Positions 57,583-64,000 of a DNA stretch of 64,000 bases are shown in pieces (position 1 is the stretch's first letter; each line of letters opens with the position of its first letter). A program made the position numbers and the translations under genes. The notes below the pieces were generated by a model. The model ran no database searches and was not told the DNA's origin. It saw only the letters and a program-made list of their open reading frames with translations. This stretch comes from Clostridia bacterium (GTDB lineage: Bacteria; Bacillota; Clostridia; Christensenellales; UBA1242), in NCBI GenBank assembly GCA_045635805.1, contig JAZTWI010000015.1:3474-67473 (forward strand), in the 5' to 3' direction.

Positions 57583-57703
57583 AGACCGGGATTCGTATTA
57601 AGCGAAGCGTCAATTGTCGGGCAGGGCTCCCGACTACAAAGGGGTTACCCGGGTTCAAGCAACAAAGTTGCTACGATGCAATAGCATCGTGAATCCCGTC
57701 TGC
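57583..57703. repeat. Multi-hairpin, tRNA-T-arm-related palindromic element
   Basis: 13-bp direct repeat of the tRNA 3' region (57583-95 = 57744-56); outer stem GGGATTC/GAATCCC; three internal perfect hairpins. Confidence 0.6.
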
Positions 57704-57735
57704 AAAAAAATAACCCCTAATGGGGTTATATTTTT
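57704..57735 (-). terminator. Terminator of tRNA-Ser (bidirectional-type)
   Basis: AAAAAAATAACCCC-taat-GGGGTTATATTTTT. Confidence 0.8.
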
Positions 57736-57823
57736 TGGCGCAGAGACCGGGATTCGAACCCGGGGTACATCGCTGTACACAGCCGTTCCAAGACTGCACA
57801 ATCGACCACTCTGACATCTCTGC
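57736..57823 (-). tRNA. tRNA-Ser(GGA)
   Basis: Acceptor GCAGAGA/TCTCTGC + G + CCA; anticodon arm CAGTC-TTGGAAC-GGCTG; long variable arm GTACA-GCGA-TGTAC; T-arm CCGGG-TTCGAAT-CCCGG; promoter TTGCAA-17-TAAAAT upstream. Confidence 0.95.
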
Positions 57824-57897
57824 ATAATATGTTTGTGCTAGATTTCAACACAAACATATTTTATACTATTTTTTACTATCTTGCAATAGTTATCTAC

Positions 57898-59607
57898 TTA
57901 TTTCTTGTCTTCGTACATTGAGTGTTCTGGGTGAACATAATGTAGAAGTTTATGAATTAAGTGCTCATCGTCTTTTAGTAATTCTTTGTAGATTTTAGCA
58001 ACAGACTCATTGTCTGCACTTTCTTTAAATTTACAATCTCCGTCTGCCTTGTAGATAGATTTACTTCTCTTAGAGATAACTTCTTCTACAGGAGTCTTAG
58101 AGTAATCTACAAATGGTTGACCACCACCATTAACGCAACCACCTGGACAAGCCATAATCTCTACAAAGTGATATGTCTTCTCGCCAGATTTCACTGCATC
58201 TAATACCTTAGGTGCATTAGCAAGACCGTGAACGATAGCAAGGTTAAGTTTAGTTCCTGCAACATCTACTGTTACTTCCTTAACGCCTTCGCTATATCTA
58301 ACATCTTCGATAATGTCTTGTTTTTTGCCTGTTAATTTGTGAACTGCGTATCTAAGCGCTGCTTCTGTAACACCACCTGTTACACCGAAGATAAGTGCTC
58401 CACCTGAATACTCTCCAAATGGGTCATCGAATTTTTCTTCTGGTAGTGAATTGAAATCAATACCCTTTAGTCTAACAAGTTCGCCTAATTCTCTAGTTGT
58501 AATACTAGCATCGATTACGCCGTGAGCAAGTATTTCTCTTTTCTTGGCAGTACAAGGCATAACAGATACGATTTCTACCTTTTTACCTTTCTCTTCAAAG
58601 TAATATTTAACTAGGCTACCTAGCATCTCATTAGGAGACTTAGTTGTAGACATATTGCCTACAAAGTCTGGGTAGAATTTCTCACAGTAATTAAACCATG
58701 CAGGACAACAACTAGTAAATAATGGAAGTTTGTCTCCTTTACTTAGTTTACCTAGTAATTCATTTGCTTCTTCGATTACTGTAAAGTCTGCACCATTGTT
58801 TACATCGAATACATAATCAAAGCCAGATGCTCTAAGTGCAGCGACCATTTTGCCTTCTGCAAATGTTCCTACTTCTGCACCAAATTCTTCTGCAATAGCA
58901 ACTCTAACTGCAGGTGCTACTTGAGCTACTTTGATAACGTCTTTTTTGTCTAAAATATCTAAAACCGGACTTAAATCATTTTTCTGTGTAAGTGCACCTG
59001 TTGGACATACTAGTATACATTGTCCACAACCAACACAAGTAGACTCTTGCATTGGTGAATCAAAGGCTGTACCAATTTTGGTCTCAAATCCCCTATTGAT
59101 TTTACCTATTGCACTACAACCCTGTCTAGCAGCACAAACTGCTATACATTTGCCACAAAGTACACACTTACTGTCATCTCTAACTAGTGAGTGATTACTA
59201 TCGTCGATTTTACCTTCTGTTACTGCACCAGCATATTTCTCTGTGTCGCAACGGAATTGCTCACATAGTTTCTGGAAGTCACATTTTAGGTTCTTTGGAC
59301 AACTTAGGCAATTCTTATTATGATTACTTAGTAGTAATTCAATAGCTGTCTTTCTAGCCCTTAAAACTTTAGTAGTATTGGTTCTAACAACCATACCATC
59401 TCTTACCTTTGTACTACATGCAGTAACTAGGTTTCTAGCACCTTCTACTTCTACTACACATACTCTGCAACTAGCAGGAGTGTTAACACCCTTTAAGTAA
59501 CATAGTGTTGGTATCTCTACACCATTTGCTCTAGCGACTTCAAGGATAGTAGCGTTACTGTCTGCTTTTACATTTTTACCATCAATAATTAAATTTATTT
59601 CCATCAT
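57898..59607 (-). CDS. hydA: [FeFe]-hydrogenase catalytic subunit (group A3, trimeric)
   Basis: H-cluster motifs TSCCPAW, MPCTAKKRE and EIMACPGGCVNGGGQP; N-terminal 2Fe-2S, His-ligated and two 4Fe-4S motifs. Confidence 0.95.
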   Translation of the reverse strand: MMEINLIIDGKNVKADSNATILEVARANGVEIPTLCYLKGVNTPASCRVCVVEVEGARNLVTACSTKVRDGMVVRTNTTKVLRARKTAIELLLSNHNKNCLSCPKNLKCDFQKLCEQFRCDTEKYAGAVTEGKIDDSNHSLVRDDSKCVLCGKCIAVCAARQGCSAIGKINRGFETKIGTAFDSPMQESTCVGCGQCILVCPTGALTQKNDLSPVLDILDKKDVIKVAQVAPAVRVAIAEEFGAEVGTFAEGKMVAALRASGFDYVFDVNNGADFTVIEEANELLGKLSKGDKLPLFTSCCPAWFNYCEKFYPDFVGNMSTTKSPNEMLGSLVKYYFEEKGKKVEIVSVMPCTAKKREILAHGVIDASITTRELGELVRLKGIDFNSLPEEKFDDPFGEYSGGALIFGVTGGVTEAALRYAVHKLTGKKQDIIEDVRYSEGVKEVTVDVAGTKLNLAIVHGLANAPKVLDAVKSGEKTYHFVEIMACPGGCVNGGGQPFVDYSKTPVEEVISKRSKSIYKADGDCKFKESADNESVAKIYKELLKDDEHLIHKLLHYVHPEHSMYEDKK

Positions 59608-59627
59608 AACTCTCCAAACTAATATCC

Positions 59628-61487
59628 TTATTTTGTAATCGCACCAAATCTACAAGTCTCGTAACACTTGCCACACTTGACGCATTTCTCCTGGTCGATA
59701 GTGAATTTCTTTCTAAGTTCACCAGAAATAGCACCTACCGGACACTGTCTACTACAAGCAGAACAACCGATACATTTGTCTGTAATCTCATATCTAGTTA
59801 AGTTCTTACAAACACCTGCTCTACATTTGTGCTCAGTGATATGCTCAATATACTCATCTCTGAAGTATCTAAGGGTACTTAGAACAGGATTTGGACTACT
59901 TTGACCTAATCCACATAGTGAGTTCTCTTTTACATAATGACATAGTTCTTCTAATTTATCTAAGTCTTCTAGAGTTGCTTTACCATCGGTAATCTTAGTG
60001 AGTATCTCTAGAATTCTAGTATTACCTATTCTGCAAGGAGTACACTTACCACAACTCTCGTCTTTAGTGAACTCAAGGAAGAATTTAGCAAGGTCAACCA
60101 TACAGCTGTCTTCGTCAACAACAATCATACCACCACTACCCATCATAGCACCTAGGTCAGTTAGTGTCTTGTAATCGATTGGTGTGTCTAGATGTGACTC
60201 TGGAATACAGCCGCCACTAGGTCCACCCATCTGAACAGCCTTAAATTTCTTACCATTAGGAATACCACCACCGATATCGTAAATAATCTCTCTGATAGTT
60301 GTTCCCATAGGAAGTTCGATAAGACCACTATTATTAATTTTACCTGTTAGAGCAAATACCTTAGTTCCCTTACTATCTGCAGAACCGATAGAATTAAACC
60401 ACTCTGCACCATTACAGATGATTTGTGCAATATTTGCTAGAGTCTCTACGTTATTGATAACTGTAGGACAATTATATAATCCTTTCTCCGCTGGATATGG
60501 TGGTTTAAGTGTAGGCTCACCCCTATGACCTTCGATACTTCTCATAAGAGCAGTCTCTTCTCCACATACAAAGGCTCCTGCACCGTATTTGATTTGAAGT
60601 TCAAAAGAGAAGTCTGTACCGAAGATTTTATCTCCTAGCAGTCCTACCTTAGTTGCTTCATCAATAGCAGACTGTAGTCTCTCTCCTGCTAGTGGGTACT
60701 CGGCTCTAAGGTATACAAAACCTTTGCTAGCACCAATAGCATAACCACATATAGCCATCGCTTCGATAATAGCGTGTGGGTTACTCTCGATAATACTTCT
60801 ATCCATAAATGCGCCTGGGTCACCTTCGTCGGCATTACAGATAACATATTTTTGTGGAGCTTCTACAACTCTAGTAAACTCCCACTTATTACCTGTAGGG
60901 AAACCTGCGCCACCCCTACCCCTAAGACCACTATCTTTGATAGTAGAGATAACTGTCTCTGGAGTCATCTCTGTTAGGGCTTTGTGAAGACCTTCGTATC
61001 CACCTAGTGCGATATAGTCGCCTAGGATATTATCTAGACTCATATATTCAGCATTGTTTCTAGCGATATATTTTTGTTTTTTACAGAAATCTATATCTGT
61101 CTTTTTCTCTACAACTTTACCATTTTCGTGGTGAAGTAGTCTCTCTACTAGTTTATCTTTTGCAAGGTTATCTATAATCTCTTCGCAGTCGCCCTTCTCT
61201 ACTTTCTCGTATAAAGCGTCAACAGGGTAAACTAGCACGATAGGACCATTAACGCATAGACCGAAACAACCAACGCCGTGAATCTTGATGTCTCCGTCTA
61301 GCCCTTTCTCTTTAACTAGTCTCTCTAGTTCGTCTTGAACTACTTTACTCTTACAACTTCTACAACCCGTACCACCACAAACCATTATATCGTATTTGTA
61401 GGTAACGCCAGATTTGTCTGCAGATTTTCTGAATTCAATCTCACTAATGTATTTATCTTTAATTGCTTGTAATTCCTGATAATCCAT
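59628..61487 (-). CDS. hydB: NADH/FMN-binding hydrogenase subunit (NuoF-like)
   Basis: LRGRGGAGFPTG, CNADEGDPGAFMDR, GAGAFVCGEETAL, MGGPSGG, CGKCTPCRIG; N-terminal 2Fe-2S and two C-terminal 4Fe-4S motifs. Confidence 0.93.
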   Translation of the reverse strand: MDYQELQAIKDKYISEIEFRKSADKSGVTYKYDIMVCGGTGCRSCKSKVVQDELERLVKEKGLDGDIKIHGVGCFGLCVNGPIVLVYPVDALYEKVEKGDCEEIIDNLAKDKLVERLLHHENGKVVEKKTDIDFCKKQKYIARNNAEYMSLDNILGDYIALGGYEGLHKALTEMTPETVISTIKDSGLRGRGGAGFPTGNKWEFTRVVEAPQKYVICNADEGDPGAFMDRSIIESNPHAIIEAMAICGYAIGASKGFVYLRAEYPLAGERLQSAIDEATKVGLLGDKIFGTDFSFELQIKYGAGAFVCGEETALMRSIEGHRGEPTLKPPYPAEKGLYNCPTVINNVETLANIAQIICNGAEWFNSIGSADSKGTKVFALTGKINNSGLIELPMGTTIREIIYDIGGGIPNGKKFKAVQMGGPSGGCIPESHLDTPIDYKTLTDLGAMMGSGGMIVVDEDSCMVDLAKFFLEFTKDESCGKCTPCRIGNTRILEILTKITDGKATLEDLDKLEELCHYVKENSLCGLGQSSPNPVLSTLRYFRDEYIEHITEHKCRAGVCKNLTRYEITDKCIGCSACSRQCPVGAISGELRKKFTIDQEKCVKCGKCYETCRFGAITK

Positions 61488-61496
61488 TATGGCCTC

Positions 61497-61982
61497 CTAG
61501 TCTTCGAAGCTATCGATGATTTTATCGATATCCTCTACTTTTAATTTACCGTATACTTCGCCATTGATTGTAATAGCAGGTGCTAAACCACAACAGCCTA
61601 GACATCTACAAGATGTAACTATCCATTTGCCGTCTTCGGTCATTTGACCAACTCTTACTTTTAATTTGGCTAAGATTTTCTCTAGAATATCATTAGCACC
61701 AAGCACGAAACACGCTGTACCTAGGCACACATCGATATTATATTTAGCCTTAGGAGTTAGAGTAAACTGACTATAGAAAGTAATAATTCCATACACTTCG
61801 CTCTCAGGCACTCCTACCTCACTAGATATCATTTTTACACTATCCTTTGGAATATATCCAAAAATATTTTGTGTCTTTTGCAAAACTTCCATAATGTTAT
61901 TAGGCTTGTTTTTGTTCGCATCTAATACCTTATGAAACTTTTCAACCTGCTCGTCTGTTCCGAGCCTATTGCAATTACACAT
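61497..61982 (-). CDS. hydC: 2Fe-2S hydrogenase subunit (NuoE-like)
   Basis: QNIFGYIP, VYGIITFY, VCLGTACFV, CLGCCGLAP; start ATG 61982 after AAGGAG. Confidence 0.92.
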   Translation of the reverse strand: MCNCNRLGTDEQVEKFHKVLDANKNKPNNIMEVLQKTQNIFGYIPKDSVKMISSEVGVPESEVYGIITFYSQFTLTPKAKYNIDVCLGTACFVLGANDILEKILAKLKVRVGQMTEDGKWIVTSCRCLGCCGLAPAITINGEVYGKLKVEDIDKIIDSFED

Positions 61983-62150
61983 AAGCACTATTTCTCCTTT
62001 ATAAAATGTCACTACGAGTATTTTAGCAAAAAAGTATCGTTTTTACAAAATAAAATTGTATTAATTTTATTAAATTAATACGATTTTTTGCTATGCTTTT
62101 ATTTTTCTTTGTGCTACAATGTAATCTAATAAAAATGGAGTTAGATGTGT

Positions 62151-63110
62151 ATGAGTACTTATTTAATCACTGGTGGCTGTGGTTTTATAGGAGCGAACTT
62201 TGTTAGATTTCTATTAGACACAGACAAAGACTCAAAAATTATTAATCTAGATAAACTCACTTATGCTTCTAATCTGGACAATCTAAAAGGTATCAGTCCA
62301 GACAGGCACACCTTAGTCGTAGGTGACATCGCAGACCCAGATACTGTAAATAAGATATTTACAGAGAACGACATTGACTATGTAGTCAACTTTGCAGCAG
62401 AGAGTCACGTAGATAATAGTGTTAGAGACCCTATGCTATTTTTTAGGACCAATATTCTAGGACTAAGTACCCTACTAGACACTGCTAGAAATACTTGGAA
62501 GGGAGATAAGAATAAGAGATTTCTACATATATCTACAGACGAAGTATATGGAGCAATCCTTACAGGCACTGCCGATGAAACTGCTAGACTAAATCCAACT
62601 AGCCCGTACTCATCTAGTAAGGCTGCTGGAGACCTAATAGCGCTCAGTTTCTATGAGACCTACAAATTTCCAATACTTATTACTAGATGTACCAATAACT
62701 ACGGCAGATACCAACACGAAGAGAAATTTATACCTAAGATAATGAAGCAGGTAAAATCTGGCAAAGATATCACTATTCACGATAGTGGCAAACAGTCTAG
62801 GGATTGGCTATCTGTATATGACCATTGCAGAGCAATATACACCGTTCTTACCACAGGTAAAGTGGGCGAAATATACAATGTTGGCGCCAATCACCCATAT
62901 ACTATAAAGGAAGTTGCAGAGAAATTACTATCTTATGTAAAAACTAAAATCGACACCCCTAGCAATATCACTTATGTCAAGGGCAGAGAAGTAGACGACT
63001 TTAGATACCTACTAGACTGCTCAAAGATAGAGAGAGAACTAGGTTGGAAACCATCGGTAGACTTTGAGAGTGGGCTTACTGAGACCATTGATTGGTATCT
63101 AGATAATTAA
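62151..63110 (+). CDS. rfbB: dTDP-glucose 4,6-dehydratase
   Basis: TGGCGFIG, DKLTYA, NFAAESHVD, STDEVYG, PYSSSKA, TNNYG; start at 62145 or 62151. Confidence 0.92.
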   Translation: MSTYLITGGCGFIGANFVRFLLDTDKDSKIINLDKLTYASNLDNLKGISPDRHTLVVGDIADPDTVNKIFTENDIDYVVNFAAESHVDNSVRDPMLFFRTNILGLSTLLDTARNTWKGDKNKRFLHISTDEVYGAILTGTADETARLNPTSPYSSSKAAGDLIALSFYETYKFPILITRCTNNYGRYQHEEKFIPKIMKQVKSGKDITIHDSGKQSRDWLSVYDHCRAIYTVLTTGKVGEIYNVGANHPYTIKEVAEKLLSYVKTKIDTPSNITYVKGREVDDFRYLLDCSKIERELGWKPSVDFESGLTETIDWYLDN

Positions 63111-63274
63111 TAATTTTTGAGTTAAAAACACAAGGCGACTAGGATAAAATTTTAGTCGTTTTTTTGTGTTCAAAAAAACTCACTTTTTTGCTTCATTTTT
63201 TCACTAAAAAGGCTCTTAAGATAGCCGAATTATGAGATTTTGAAAAATTAATAAAAAAATTTTAAAAATGGGTA

Positions 63275-63303
63275 TTGACAAGACTCCCAACAGATGATAT
63301 TCT
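63275..63303 (+). promoter_or_regulatory. Sigma-A-type promoter
   Basis: TTGACA - 17 nt - TG-n-TATTCT. Confidence 0.65.
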
Positions 63304-63422
63304 ATCATAATATTTTTGGGGTTTTTTAATTATTAATAATTAAATAATTTGCAAGATATTCTACCTAGCAGGTCATTTGGTTATTAGAAAAAAGGGGTAA
63401 TTAAAATATAAGGGGTGGAAAG

Positions 63423-64000
63423 ATGGAAAAGACATTTCTAGAGTATATGAGAGAAAAAGCCACTGCTGTAAAAGATGGTTTCAAAGACTTTTTTTCTCCC
63501 ATCACAGATAGCCTAAATAGCAATAATATCGGTGGCGATATAAAGAATTTATTTCTAAAGGGTGCCTGTATTGTAATGGCTACTCTTACTATTGCTGCGT
63601 CTACTACAGGTATGATAGCAGACAATATTCAAGCACAAAATGGCACATATAGTACTAAAGGAAAAATGCCTACAGGAACACGCCCACCATATAGCACTAG
63701 TATCACTACCAAAAGAACCATACCTACCCTTAGTGGCAATTCTACAACCATAAGCACCGGAACTAGTACTTCTAATAAGGGTACTACAACTACATACTAT
63801 GCACCTTTACCTGGAACTACTGTGCCTAGTACAACTACTTCGTCTGTTCCACCAACTACTACAACCACCATCACTACTACAACCACAGCACCTGTAAAAG
63901 AAAATACACCTTTTGATATCTGGTCATATAATATCTTAACAGAGACACTAGGATACAAGAACGACAAGGCAAATCGTTGGGACGCAAGAAAAGAACTACT
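63423..64000 (+). CDS. Partial membrane-anchored/secreted protein with Thr/Pro-rich linker, probably followed by an endonuclease/exonuclease/phosphatase (EEP) domain
   Basis: Open frame from ATG 63423 (SD AAGGGGTG) to the window end: hydrophobic GACIVMATLTIAAS, TTVPSTTTSSVPPTTTTTITTTTTAP, then IWSYNI...W.ARKE. Not in the ORF track. Confidence 0.7.
   Translation, partial: MEKTFLEYMREKATAVKDGFKDFFSPITDSLNSNNIGGDIKNLFLKGACIVMATLTIAASTTGMIADNIQAQNGTYSTKGKMPTGTRPPYSTSITTKRTIPTLSGNSTTISTGTSTSNKGTTTTYYAPLPGTTVPSTTTSSVPPTTTTTITTTTTAPVKENTPFDIWSYNILTETLGYKNDKANRWDARKEL

Noticed and set aside
57583-57703. Second tRNA gene, or attL/attR of a prophage at tRNA-Ser
   Set aside because: No anticodon arm or CCA; the repeat is only 161 bp from the tRNA; no integrase or phage genes are present.
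62024-62093. Imperfect inverted repeat TAGCAAAAAA..ATCGT / ACGATTTTTTGCTA between hydC and rfbB
   Set aside because: Can be explained by AT-rich divergent promoter sequence; not a Rex box.
1506-63625. The many 60-130 aa ORFs nested in or antisense to long genes in the ORF track
   Set aside because: They overlap well-supported CDSs, lack an RBS or motifs, and look like shadow frames of AT-rich coding DNA.
1-64000. CRISPR arrays, rRNA, IS elements, recoding or frameshift sites
   Set aside because: No regularly spaced repeats, rRNA signatures, transposase motifs or interrupted conserved genes were seen.

Overview
AT-rich chromosomal window from a Bacillota (Clostridia-like) bacterium, judged from typA, fhs, a LysM-GH18 spore-type hydrolase, DegV, an [FeFe]-hydrogenase and sigma-A promoters with intrinsic terminators; the taxonomy is inference. 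About 38% of the window is one ~8,100-aa N-terminally anchored surface protein with dozens of InlB-B/Listeria-Bacteroides-like repeats and a Cys/His-rich tip. Housekeeping genes: fsa, an ABC half-transporter, typA, a CNNM-CBS protein, fhs, a TrxB-like protein lacking CxxC, rdgB, marR-degV, mtnN, tRNA-Ser(GGA), hydCBA and rfbB. The most unusual part is the accessory region at ~45-57.7 kb. It holds (i) four ORFs from three unrelated families that all end in an acidic tail plus GGT-ATG-TAA (Gly-Met-stop); (ii) a co-transcribed metallophosphoesterase enzyme/pseudo-enzyme pair next to a Nudix hydrolase and an ADP-ribosylglycohydrolase, with a possible ADP-ribosyltransferase-like orphan further on; (iii) a PARIS-like AriA/AriB cassette preceded by a tiny stand-alone transcript and lying between two duplicated promoter-gene-terminator units; and (iv) a ~120-nt multi-hairpin element whose ends resemble the T-arm of the neighbouring tRNA-Ser. 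No CRISPR array, rRNA, integrase or transposase was seen. All family calls come from motif reading, not database searches. Start codons were re-picked using RBS and promoter context.
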